Shown piece by piece: positions 24,371-35,729 of a DNA stretch of 64,000 nucleotides. The notes under the pieces were generated by a model that saw nothing but the letters and a program-made list of their open reading frames with translations, was not told the DNA's origin and ran no database searches. How positions within the stretch are numbered: position 1 is the first letter of the stretch; every line of letters starts with the position of its first letter. A program made the translations under genes and the position numbers. Origin of the DNA: Octopus bimaculoides (taxonomy: Eukaryota); the NCBI RefSeq assembly GCF_001194135.2, contig NC_069004.1, positions 29,766,370 through 29,830,369 of the forward strand, read 5' to 3'.

Positions 24371-24550
24371 GCGTCACCCGGAAACATGTGGTTGGGAAGC
24401 AAACTTCTTACCACACAGCTGCCCCATGGTATCTTTTTACAGCAGCTAGGCAGACTAGGACATTAGGTGACAATGATGAACAACACTTTGGTTAATGTCA
24501 TGTGACTATCTTTTTACATGGCTATAATGAAAATACCAAGATTTACTTAC

Positions 24551-24633
24551 CATAAATCGTGAGGTCTCTGTCAGGAGGTACATCAACCCTTCCACGGCCG
24601 ACTGAACAACTTTAGTCTCCACGTCGAGTTTCT
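24551..24633 (-). CDS. COMMD2: COMMD2 exon 3 (QKLDVETKVVQSAVEGLMYLLTETSRFM, 83 nt)
   Basis: Not in the ORF track. Found by reading the minus strand. Matches human RKLNVSSDTVQHGVEGLTYLLTESSKLM. Acceptor ttttctgcag, donor GTAAGT, phase 1 to 0. Confidence 0.95.
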
Positions 24634-24709
24634 CTGCAGAAAAGATTCCATATTAAATAAAGTATTTTAGGAGATGTGAAGGCATGTGTGGCTTAGTGGT
24701 TAGGTTGTT

Positions 24710-24982
24710 TAGAAATAATACATTTCTAAATCTCTCAGAGAGATTTATGCAGTAGTGATACGATGAAGTAGTTGTATGCTGTCAATTTAATGTGACGGTC
24801 CCATGAAGGGAATAATACTACTGTTGGTTAGGCCTAGGAAGCTGCACCGCTTCCTGTCGGCCTTGACACGTTTCCTGTGTCCTTATGTTTACAAGGGGGA
24901 GACAAGCACCTCCACCCAGCTAAGCCGGCATCCAGAGACATGTTTCTGAGTCTTTGCTCGTCATCAGTCTGGAGTAGCAGTC
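24710..24982 (-). mobile_element. 273-bp hammerhead-carrying non-autonomous element (Penelope-LTR/retrozyme-like) nested in a SINE head
   Basis: Flanked by direct repeat TGGTTAGGTTGTT (24697-24709 and 24983-24995). It interrupts a tRNA-headed SINE that resumes at about 24996. Confidence 0.65.
24931..24973 (-). ncRNA. Minimal type I hammerhead ribozyme fold
   Basis: Minus strand: UCCAGA CUGAUGA C GAG-CAAAGA-CUC A GAAA CAUGU C UCUGGA. Perfect 6-bp stem I, intact CUGAUGA/GAAA core, GUC triplet, palindromic ACAUGU stem III. One C-A mismatch closes stem II. Confidence 0.7.
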
Positions 24983-25289
24983 TGGTTAGGTTGTTGCACT
25001 CACAATTGCTGGAGTGTGGACTGGATTCCTAGATCGGGTGGCACATTGTGCTCTTGAGCAAAACATTTCATTCCATGTTGCTCCAGTCTCCCTTTCTCAA
25101 TCAGGGATTGGAACGTTGGCCTGCTCGTCTAGCCAGCAGGGTGGCACTGATGCAAAGCACACTGTGACTAGTGATGTGTAACATCATCTGATAGTCTGGT
25201 CAGTCACATGATCACATGATTTTTGTAATCAACTAACCCCTCCCACCAAATTTCAGGCCTTGTTTCTATAATGGTTAGTCTACATTACT

Positions 25290-25630
25290 TCATGAAGGCA
25301 TACGGCTCAGTGGCTAGAGCATCGAGCTCATAACCATGAGGTTGTGAGTTCAATTCCCAGATTGGGCTGTGCGCTGTGTTCTTGAACTAGACACCTTATT
25401 TCATGTTGCTCCAGTTCTCTCATCTGTGGAAATGAGGTGCAGCATCACTGGTACCAAGCTGTATCAGCCTTCAGCTTTCCTTGGACAACATCAGTGACGT
25501 GAAGAAGAGGGGCTGGTATGAATGGGTGACTGCTGGTCTTCCACAAAATAACCTTGACCAAACTTGTGCCTTGGAGGGGAACTTCCTAGGTGCAATCCCA
25601 TGGTCATTTGTGACCGAAGGGGGGTCTTTA
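25290..25630 (+). mobile_element. tRNA-headed SINE, near full length
   Basis: A and B boxes, gtgttcttga...ttatttcatgttgctccagt domain. The 3' part recurs inverted at about 44125-44290. Confidence 0.7.
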
Positions 25631-25949
25631 CTCTTTACCCTTTTATATTACTCCATAAGGAGCACAGGGCCAGTTTCCTGGTTTCTCTGGCATAAATATT
25701 CCTCCCTGGATGGGACGCCAGTCCATCACAGGGTTACTCATTCTTACCAGCTGAGCGGACTGGAGTAATGTGAAATGAAGTGTCTTGCTCAAGACCACAG
25801 CAGATCTCCTGGTCTAGGAACTGAAACCACAATCTTACAATCATAAGTCCAACACCCTAACCACTAAGCCATGTATCTCCACCTGTTCCTATAATGGAAA
25901 GGATTGGTCAGATTAATTACAAAAATAATGATAGAAAATTTCAACTTAC

Positions 25950-26027
25950 GTGCGGCACCTTGGTAAACTTTTGGGTTGGCGCCATTTTCAATGAACTGCA
26001 AGGAGATGCGACAGAATTCCCGAACAA
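25950..26027 (-). CDS. COMMD2: COMMD2 exon 2 (VVREFCRISLQFIENGANPKVYQGAA, 78 nt)
   Basis: Matches human VVAEFGRIAVEFLRRGANPKIYEGAA. Acceptor ttccattctag, donor GTAAGT, phase 1 to 1. Confidence 0.95.
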
Positions 26028-26309
26028 CTAGAATGGAAAATATTAATGCTATGATAATTGTGATAATTAAATACATGCATATGTGTGATTGTATGGGTGT
26101 ATGTATATAAATATGATTGAGCATATATGCACATCTATACATATATGTGTGTATGTATGTGTCAGCATGCATACACATATATATGTGTGTGCGTGTGTGT
26201 ATATCAATATTGGGTCATCCCATAAATAATGCAGTTTTTTTCAACTGTATGAAATAAACTACCTGCATCAACTTGCTAATATAATCAGGTAGTAATTTTA
26301 CTTTGTACT

Positions 26310-26615
26310 TATTCTTAGTACTTCAACTTACGTCGTTTCGAGTTACGTCTTTTTCGGCTTTACGCTGATTTTTTTTTAAAGGAAATTAATGAAAAAAAAA
26401 TGATTAAACCTTAACTTCAGTCTGCCTCAACGAACACATTTAAAAAGCATAAAAATTATTTTTTGAATCACCTAAAATCAATACTAGAAAACGTTTATTA
26501 GCACAGATAATAAGCAAATGAGATTTTTCAAAATGATCTTCGTGTTACGTCGTTTTTCGAGGTAAGTCGAACGTCTTGGAACCAATTACCGGTGTAAAGT
26601 TGAGGTATGCCTGTA
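26310..26615. mobile_element. pogo/Tigger-like MITE
   Basis: Right end gtaaagttgaggtatgcctgta is inverse to the left tacttcaacttacg, resembling CAG..TACCTCGACTTACG-type TIRs. Confidence 0.5.
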
Positions 26616-26818
26616 TATACATTTCACAGACAAATAAGACGAGAAGGCTACGGTTGGAACCACTGTTGATCATGAATCAGCTGAATCAGAGCAAGACCCG
26701 AGAAGGGGGCGGATACAGAAAAACAACAATAGCCATAATTCGAATAAGAACTACCATTAATTTCAGCATCATGCTCCGTGCGTTGGTCTTTTAATGAATT
26801 AAACAAATTATATTCATT

Positions 26819-27046
26819 ATGAGGGTGGTGGTGGTGGTGAAAAGTTCCTGGCTTTAAGGGTGTCGCGAAAGGCCTGGTTGGAGGCCCAACCTTCCGAGTT
26901 CTTTTACAGGGTTTAGAAAAACTGAAGGACCGCTGAAATAAATGTGTGAATCAGAGAGGGGAATTATGTTGAATAAAATCATAATCAACTGATCCTCCTA
27001 CATTCTCTTTTACCCAAAACCAGGAACTTTTCAGCACCCACCTCGT
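26819..27046 (+). mobile_element. Mariner-derived MITE
   Basis: TIRs gagggtg..tgaaaagttcctggcttt / aaaaccaggaacttttcagcacccacctcgt. Interior resembles the transposase C-terminus (GLEKLKDR.NKCVN.RG.YVE*). Second copy at about 61270-61463. Confidence 0.75.
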
Positions 27047-27047
27047 G

Positions 27048-27079
<32 letters not shown>

Positions 27080-28050
27080 NNNNNNNNNNNNNNNNNNNNN
27101 NNNNNNNNNNNNNNNNNNNNNNNNNNNNNNNNNNNNNNNNNNNNNNNNNNNNNNNNNNNNNNNNNNNNNNNNNNNNNNNNNNNNNNNNNNNNNNNNNNNN
27201 NNNNNNNNNNNNNNNNNNNNNNNNNNNNNNNNNNNNNNNNNNNNNNNNNNNNNNNNNNNNNNNNNNNNCTGAAAATTTTGGGAGGGAGCTAGTCGATTAC
27301 ATCGATCCCCAGTATTCATCTGGTACTTATTTTATTGACCCCCCCCCCCCAAAAGGCTGAAAGGCAAAGTCGATCTCGGCGCTACTACGGTAATAATGAC
27401 GATGACTGTTTTTCGTGTCCGAAGATCGTAAGGAAGGGCGGAATGCCCTCAACTAGCTATATAATGAGATCCTTCACGCCACAGAGCTTTTCTTCCTGCC
27501 TATGTGAGATCACATGTTAAGGTTATCGTTACAGATGTTCTATACAAACTACAGCCAGCACTCCTGTTACCAATATTTCCATCTTCGGTCGCATTGTTGT
27601 TTACATTAGACGTCTTCGAATACGCAACGTCGTAACAAATCAGTGCTGCTTTTAACTTCTAGAGATAATCTTAAGTGATTTAATGGTATTGCTAACACAG
27701 TAAGACACAGTATTAACTTATAAAGTGTTTAACATTCTTTGTAGTATGTTATGGTTGCATAACGAAATACAACGGTGTCCCTACAAGTGCCTAAATGAGA
27801 GTCAATCTGCGCAATTCGATCCCAGTCTTTAGACTTGGAGGTCTGACCACAGCAACTCAGCAGGATAAGATGGTTGCGATGACCACCAAACTTTTGGTTT
27901 TACACTGGAATGTCCTTCTGGGTGAATTGCCTTACAGGACTGGAGATCTCCACCTACCTTGAGGTTGCTGGAAGAGGCAGCGAACTTATTTAATCGACTC
28001 CTGAAAGGGTGAAAGACAAAGTCGACATGGGGGAAAATTGGACCCGGAAC

Positions 28051-28087
<37 letters not shown>

Positions 28088-28107
28088 TGTAAATAAACCA
28101 GTACTAC

Positions 28108-28174
28108 CTTCAGCATCAACATTTGTTAAGAATTTCAAATGCTCCTTGTGTTCATCTTTTAACAAATTGAACAT
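28108..28174 (-). CDS. COMMD2: COMMD2 exon 1 (MFNLLKDEHKEHLKFLTNVDAE, 67 nt, phase 1)
   Basis: Matches recalled human COMMD2 N-terminus MLLELSEEHKEHLAFLPQVD. Donor G/GTAGTA at 28107. Confidence 0.93.
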
Positions 28175-28263
28175 TATCTCATATAAATAGATGTATATAT
28201 ATAAATAAATGTGTATGTATGTATAAAAAGTGTGTAGAAAGCAAGCGGTCACTCCTACTATAA

Positions 28264-28400
28264 ATGATGACAATAGCGTACCGACTTCCGTTTAGCAACC
28301 AATCAACTTCCGTTTAGTAACCGAAATAACTTCCGTTTACAAACCGGAAGTTACTATCGGCAGCTGGTTGTTTTCATTTTTTAAAAATATTTTGGTTCCA
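28264..28400. promoter_or_regulatory. Bidirectional promoter between COMMD2 and CEP63 with three ACTTCCGTTTAGCAACC-like units, a CCAAT and CCGGAAGT
   Basis: The divergent ATGs at 28174 and 28544 flank a locally CpG-containing segment. ETS-type cores start at 28284, 28306, 28329 and 28344. Confidence 0.7.
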
Positions 28401-28543
28401 AAATATTTCTTTCTTCAAAACATTTTTGTTTAGTTTTGTTTTGTTTCTTGGTAAAAAAATCAGACGAATTCCTGTGGCTGAAGAAGAAGCCATGTGTTTA
28501 GGAAAGCAACGAAAACATTAATTAATATATATTTAATTAAAGA

Positions 28544-28563
28544 ATGAAAACAGAACTTTATCT
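28544..28563 (+). CDS. CEP63: CEP63/DEUP1-family gene, probable coding exon 1 (MKTELYL, 20 nt, phase 2)
   Basis: ATG AAA ACA GAA CTT TAT CT/GTAAGT. Strong donor whose phase matches the exon 2 acceptor. Lies just downstream of the shared promoter. Too short for homology support. Confidence 0.7.
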
Positions 28564-30877
28564 GTAAGTATTATTGTCTTGTTTTATTGTAAATTCCTGC
28601 TGTGCTTTCGGAATCAGTCCCTCTACGTGGCACTTTGGGCAAGTGTCTCCTGCTATAGCCCGGGGCCAACCAAGGCTTTGTGAGTAAATTTGGTTGGCAG
28701 AAACTGAAAGAAATCCTTCATTGTGTGTGTGTGTGTGTATATATATACACGCATGTGTGTATACACGTGTGTGTTCTATTACCGTTGTTGGTTTGTTTAC
28801 GTTCTTGTAACGTAGCAGTTTTGCGAAAGAGACCGATAAAATAAATGCCAGGCTTTAAGAAAAGAAATAAGTGCTGGCGGCGATTTGTTCGACGAAACCC
28901 TTTGAGGCGGTGCCCCAGCTTGACCGCAGTCCAATGACTGAAACAGGCTAAAAGGTAATTAATAGACGAAAGATATGTATGTCAGTGTAAGTGTGCATGT
29001 ATATGTCGACGTGACATTTTTACAAATTGGCGCCTCTTCACTTTGTTTCTTCCGTAACTTTACGCTGTATATGTTTTAGGGAAATTCTTCAAAAATTCAT
29101 TTTCAAGGATGTAAAATTATGTGGCAGAATTCTGCTTTAAACACCCTATTTAAACCCTCGTAATTCTTTTTTGNNNNNNNNNNNNNNNNNNNNNNNNNNN
29201 NNNNNNNNNNNNNNNNNNNNNNNNNNNNNTGAATTTTGAATTTTCAGAAAATTTTTGCGAATTTGTGTCCTGCATATGGGAATTCATACGATTAGGCAAA
29301 AATCCGGAAGAAAATTTTTTGTGTGATTTAAGGGCTATTTAGCTGTTATTTTTAGCACTTCTCACAACCACCTCATACCTTCCTCGTTTCTTTTTCACTC
29401 TGACGTATTGATGTCATGGACTGCGGCCATGCTGGAGCACCGCCTTTAGTCGAGCAAATCGACCCCAGGACTTATTCTTTGTAAGCCTGGTACTTATTCT
29501 ATCGGTCTCTTTTGCTGAACCGCTAAGTTATGGGGACGTAAACACACCAGCATTGGTTGTCAAGCAATGCTAGGGGGACAAACACAGACACACAAACACA
29601 CATATATATACATATATACGCTGGGCTTCTTTCAGTTTCCGTCTACCAAATCCACTCACAAGGTTTTGGTCGGCCCGAGGCAATAGTAGAAGATACTTCC
29701 CCAAGGTGCCACGCAGTGGGAATGAACCCAGAACCATGTGGTTGGTAAGCAAGCTACTTACCACACAGCCACTCCTGCGCCTATAATATATATATATATA
29801 TAAAGTAAAAATGATCATAAAAGAATAAGACAACATAAAACAAGACTCACATCTTCAAATTCTTCTCCTCCACCACTACCGCCACCACCGAGCAGTCCCC
29901 ACCTGATCCACNNNNNNNNNNNNNNNNNNNNNNNNNNNNNNNNNNNNNNNNNNNNNNNNNNNNNNNCCCACTCCATCCATCCCCACCACACACACACACA
30001 CACAATCACTCAACGTGGGTCGTTTGTCAAGTTATAACAGGTTTCCTAGAGAAACAAGCAAGCAGGAGAACCACACACACACACACACACACAGAAATCT
30101 ACTCTAATAATAAATCAGGGAATGCATTCTTGCTGTGGTTGGAGGTGGAGAGGGCGGGGAAGAGAGCTGGCGACAGGGGTGGAGTCTGTATCCATGGTGA
30201 TATGATACTGTATTAATCAAAACACACGGTGATACTGTTATCATTGTCGTTTGTCGTGAAATAGCCTTTAAGAATCATATCCAGGATTTCTGGGGCTTTT
30301 TAAGGGTCTGGCATTTTTTCCCCATTTTTTGTTTTCCTTGTGAAATGGATTAAACATGTTGCAACGATGGATTCTTAATTAATTCTTACCAATCTCTGGA
30401 CATCTCTATCTTCTTTGAGTAATATTACCGAAGGTATCTGTCATTTAACTGATGGCATTTTTTTTTTCCTTTCTTTTCATGTTATTTTGTTTTTCTGTTA
30501 CTTGTCTCAAATATTAGACTGTGTCCATGCTGGGGCACCACATCATAAAGAGTTTTTTAGTCGATTCAGTCAACCCCAGTACTTTTTTTATTTCTTTTTT
30601 TTTGGGGGGGGGGTTAGCTTGGTACTATTCTATTGTTCTTTTTTGTTGAACTGCTATGCAGATGTAAACACACCAACACCAGTTATCAAGCGGTGGCAGG
30701 GTCCAAACACACACGCATGCACATATACCATCAACATCATTTAATGTCTGTTGTCCATGCTGGTATGGGTTGGGTGGTTTGACCAGGGTTTATGCAACCC
30801 TTCAGTTTACAAGCTCTTGTCAAACTGCCCATCCCATGCCAGTGTGGATAACATACATTAAATGATGATGGTGATGA

Positions 30878-30909
<32 letters not shown>

Positions 30910-32537
30910 TAGATATGTATGATAGTCTTCTTTCAGTTTCTGTCTACCAAATCCACTCACAAGGCTTTGGTCGGCTGGAGGATATAGTAGAAGACACTTG
31001 CCCAAGGTGCCACACAGTGGGACTGAACCCAGAACCATGTGGTTTGTAAGCAAGCTACTTACCACACAGCCACTCCTGCGTCTATATTATATGTGAAATT
31101 TATGTCTTTCTGCTTTTAAGTTAAATATCAGAAATTTTCTTCATTTATTTTTCTTTACTTTAAATTCTTTCTTTAAGAAGCTTCATAACATCTCGGATTT
31201 TCTTTTCTTTTTTTCTATATGTATAAAAANNNNNNNNNNNNNNNNNNNNNNNNNNNNNNNNNNNNNNNNNNNNNNNNNNNNNNNNNNNNNNNNNNNNNNN
31301 NNNNNNNNNNNNNNNNNNNNNNNNNNNNNNNNNNNNNNNNNNNNNNNNNNNNNNNNNNNNNNNNNNNNNNNNNNNNNNNNNNNNNNNNNNNNNNNNNNNN
31401 NNNNNNNNNNNNNNNNNNNNNNNNNNNNNNNNNNNNNNNNNNNNNNNNNNNNNNNNNNNNNNNNNNNNNNNNNNNNNNNNNNNNNNNNNNNNNNNNNNNN
31501 NNNNNNNNNNNNNNNNNNNNNNNNNNNNNNNNNNNNNNNNNNNNNNNNNNNNNNNNNNNNNNNNNNNNNNNNNNNNNNNNNNNNNNNNNNNNNNNNNNNN
31601 NNNNNNNNNNNNNNNNNNNNNNNNNNNNNNNNNNNNNNNNNNNNNNNNNNNNNNNNNNNNNNNNNNNNNNNNNNNNNNNNNNNNNNNNNNNNNNNNNNNN
31701 NNNNNNATTGGCCAGTCAGCAGCCAGACTTCACATGATAGATCATCTAAATCAGGGGTTCTTAACCAGGGCCCATATCGACTCTGAGGGTCCACAGATGC
31801 AAATAGTAAATTGGGGATCCATGGCAATTTTTCATCATCATCATCATTGTTTAACGTCCGCTTTCCATGCTAGCATGGGTTGGACGATTTGACTGAGGAC
31901 TGGTGAAACCAGATTGCTACACTAGGCTCCAATCTGATTTGGCAGAGTTTCTACAGCTGGATGCCCTTCTTAACGCCAACCACGTGCCACCGGCACGAAG
32001 GCCAGTCAGGCGGTACTGGCAACGGCCACGCTCAAAATGGTGTATTTTACATGCCACCTGCACAGCCATGAAAAAACTGTGCTTTAGACAAGTGTTTTAA
32101 ATCTGGGTTTTGTCTCTGTTAACGGGGGTGACTGGATCTACCTCAATGCCATAGCAACTGAGGTAGGCAGGTGCAGCCCGCCCCAACCTTTGGGCTGGCT
32201 GGTGCCCATTCTCTTTTGCTACCATGAAGCTTTTTTGGAGCTGGATTTTCTATGGAGAGCATGCCCTTGCTTACCCCCAACCTCAGTTTCTAGACATGAG
32301 TTGTCCCGAGACCAAGGCCTCTACCACGATTTTTAAGAAATGTGGAAAACTAGCTCAGGAAGGCAGGGATGCTATTCCCTGAGACCCCTTTTGGAGCCTC
32401 CCCCCCACCTAAATAAATTGGTTATTCTTCCACAATATGCAAAATATTAAATATAAGGAATGTCTCCAGCTAGTATAAACATGATTGATAAGGTTTCAGT
32501 TCTTATGATTCTCCCTTTTACCTCTGTTCCTCTTCAG

Positions 32538-32730
32538 ACTCCCGGTTGATGGCGTTTTGATGAGATCCTGTGAGCAAGAATTACAAGAATTGGTTCAACA
32601 TATCGATATTCTTGTCAAGAACCGCGAGACCGACTTGAAACAACAAGTTAAGAAAGTTTATAAACATTTTGAGAAAAAGACGAAGGAATGTCAGCAACAG
32701 AAAATAACTCTTGAAGAGAATTCCAAAAAG
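32538..32730 (+). CDS. CEP63: CEP63/DEUP1-family exon 2 (LPVDGVLMRSCEQELQELVQHIDILVKNRETDLKQQVKKVYKHFEKKTKECQQQKITLEENSKK)
   Basis: SCEQELQELVQHIDILV matches the diagnostic N-terminal motif of human CEP63 (TSCEAELQELMKQIDIMV). Acceptor cctcttcag, donor GTCAGT. Confidence 0.92.
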
Positions 32731-33254
32731 GTCAGTCACAGACTTTCAAAGCTTTATCTGTAAGTTTACTTACCAATCATGTGAGTTCAGGTTCAATTAC
32801 ATTGCGTGGCACTTTATGCATACTTAACCACAGACTGACCGGTCTTGTGACTGGATTTTGTAGGTGGAAACTGAAAGAAGCCCATTATATTTTTATGTGT
32901 GTGTATATGTATATGTATATATATGTTATTCAAAGGAATTCCAAATTTGTCTGTTTTTTATGTTTTATTTATATTCTTATAACATTAATGTAGGATATAG
33001 AATATATAATATATTCAGTAAAATGAAATGAAGTATTGATTGTCTTATTGAATAAATGAAATATTGAATATTAAGGGACTAGTATACTTTCTTGCATTTT
33101 AGCAGTCTTCAAGGTCCCACGCTGTATATTAATGACTTGTAGGAACACAGCGTTTCATTATGCAATCGCATAAGCTATGAGATAATGCGTGATTAATTCA
33201 AACAATGTGAATGAATAAGCAGCACATTCGACAGTAATATGAACGCTAAAGGGT

Positions 33255-33470
33255 TAAAACAGCCATAACTGGCCCAAATATTCTTCTACTTGATTTATGT
33301 TCAAACTGGCCAGATCGAGCCTCTCACACCTACCCTACAACATCATTTGATAAATAAATAATCACATCATCAAAATCTCGAAGCTACAAGATAATGCATG
33401 ATCAATTCAAAACAATGCGAATAAATAAGCAATATGTCTGACTGAGCAACCTGAATGCTAAATGGTTAAA
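33255..33470. mobile_element. piggyBac-like MITE (ends ...atgctaaa(g/t)ggttaa); related pieces near 37655, 44345-44545, 54040-54156
   Basis: TTAA-CCC-type terminus and recurring internal sequence. Confidence 0.5.
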
Positions 33471-33483
33471 TTTTCTTTGGCAG

Positions 33484-33579
33484 ATCCTGGCACTGCAGTC
33501 TCAGGTTGATTGGCTCACAGCAGAGAAACAGAAAGCAGAAGAGATACACGAGACGCAAGTGACAAATCTCAAGTCAAAG
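33484..33579 (+). CDS. CEP63: CEP63 exon 3 (ILALQSQVDWLTAEKQKAEEIHETQVTNLKSK)
   Basis: 96-nt open coiled-coil exon. Acceptor ttttctttggcag, donor GTAAAG, phase 0/0. Confidence 0.85.
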
Positions 33580-34427
33580 GTAAAGCAATTTCGTCAAATT
33601 CTTTGGATTTTATTTACTGTTTTTTATTATTACTACTTTTTGTTGGCCCCCATTGTTTTGCAAACGGAATAAATAATATTCTGTTTCCTCAAACTACAGC
33701 CAATCAGCATTGTCATCATCAGTGTCCACTTTCCATGGGTTAGACAGTTTGACCAGAGCTGATGGGCTGCACCAGACTCCAGTCTGATTTGGCCTGGTTT
33801 CTACGGATGGATGCCCTTCCTAATGCCAACCACTCCGAGAGTGTAGTGGGTACTTTTATGTGCCACCAGCACGAGGGTCAGTCGGGCGGTACTGGCGACA
33901 GCCACGCTCAAATGGTGTTTTTTATGTGCCACCTGCACAGGAGCCAGTCCAGCGGCACTGGCAACGACCTTGCTCGAACGTTGTTTTTCACGTGCCAATA
34001 AGGCGACACTGGTAACGATCACGCTCGAATGGTGCTTTTTATGTGCCACTGGCATAGGAACCATTCAGTGACCCTGGCAACGGTCACGCTTGGATGGTGC
34101 CTTAACATTCCACTGGCACAGGTGCCAGTCAGACAGTGCTGTCATCGGCCACGTCAGCGGATTTGATTTTGATTTCTTTTACTTGTTTCAGTCATTTGAC
34201 TGTGGCCATGCTGAAGCAATGCCTCGAAGAGTTTTAGTTGAACGAATTGCCAGATCAGACTGGAGCCTGGTGCAGCCATCTGGCTCGCCAGTCCTCAGTC
34301 AAACCGTCCAACCCATGCCAGCATGGAAAGCAGACGTTAAACGATGATGATGATGATAAATTATTATGTTCTTCATCATTCTTTGATTTCTCCCAATGAG
34401 TTTTTGCTTTGCTTTTTGCCATTTCAG

Positions 34428-34571
34428 GCAGCTCTTCTAAGAACCGAACATGAGCGGCTGCACAAGACATTCTTGCGCAAGATGCACAACATGGAGAAAC
34501 GCAGCAAATCTGCTGATGGACATGACGACAATAAAAACCAGCAAATCCAGCAGCTTACAGAAAAGCTAAAG
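34428..34571 (+). CDS. CEP63: CEP63 exon 4 (AALLRTEHERLHKTFLRKMHNMEKRSKSADGHDDNKNQQIQQLTEKLK)
   Basis: 144 nt, phase 0/0. Resembles human LKRSYEKLQKKQ...EIERLTAKIE. Confidence 0.88.
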
Positions 34572-34770
34572 GTAATGTCCTCCCTTTTATCTTTTCAGGG
34601 TCAGTAATAAATTAGAGTACAAGTCGAGTACTGTACTGGGGTCAATGAAATTGATTAACCCCTTTCCCTTCAAAACTGCTCAACTTGTACCTAAACCAGA
34701 AACCATTATTATTATTATAATCATCATCGTCATCATCACCACCACCATCATTAACATTATTATTATTATT

Positions 34771-35328
34771 GAGTGAAATAACAGTGCATGCCATCAAAGT
34801 GACACTGGGGTAAAAAAATACGAAGCCCAGTATACCCCTCGTGACTACCTGTCTGATAAGGGTACACCAGGCACATGCATCACAACCATATGTGCACGAC
34901 ATGGTGATCTTATATCAAGATAAACAGCGCATGACCTTGCAGGTGGGGCCCAGTTAGAATTTTCTTCAGGTCGAGTAGCCCATCCCGCTCAGAAGGTCCC
35001 TGAATAAGGTTTGTTTAAGGATGTTGAGCAAAACACCCTTGTTTCCAAAGGTGAATTATTCAAACCCCAAAGAATTCCTCTTAACACATGGCTATGATGC
35101 TCTCCCACTACTTCTGCTTGAGATCAGAGATGCACATATCATCAACCATTAAGGGACATGCTCAACTAGTTAAGGTCAAACAACTGACAAGCAAATCTGT
35201 GGTATTGAGCAGAATATTTGCTGTAGCCCATCTTTTTATACCAAGACAAAACAATGTACATGATAGCACTTCCAATCAATTAAGATAAGAAGCCATGAGA
35301 ACCACTGCCTAATACTGCATCCGGGCAT
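34771..35328 (-). mobile_element. ~560-bp repeat embedded in (TTA)n, probable 3' end of a microsatellite-targeting non-LTR element
   Basis: (TTA)n on both sides and no ORF. Family identity not established. Confidence 0.45.
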
Positions 35329-35624
35329 TTATTATTATTATTATTATTATTATCATTATTATTAGGGTAGCGAGCTGGTAGAATAGTCAGCACATCAGGC
35401 AAAATGCTTAGTGGCATTCTGTCCATCCTTACATTCTGAGTTCAAATTCCACCAAGGTTGTCTTTGTTTTTCATCCTTTTGGGGTCGAAAAAATAAGTAC
35501 CAGTTGAACACAGGGGGTCGATGCAATCAACTAGCCCCCTCCCTTGAATATATCGGCCTTGTGCCAAAATTTGAAACCATTATTACTATTATTATTGTTA
35601 TTTTGATATAATTATTTTATGCAG

Positions 35625-35729
35625 GAATGTGAGAATCAATTGAAAGCTGTTCAAGAGGAAAAAGACATCCTCCAGGGAAAGTTTGAATCCATGGAATCTG
35701 AATGCAAAGTTTTACAAAGGAAACGAGAG
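35625..35729 (+). CDS. CEP63: CEP63 exon 5 (ECENQLKAVQEEKDILQGKFESMESECKVLQRKRE)
   Basis: 105 nt, AG/GT bounded, phase 0/0, heptad pattern. Confidence 0.85.
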
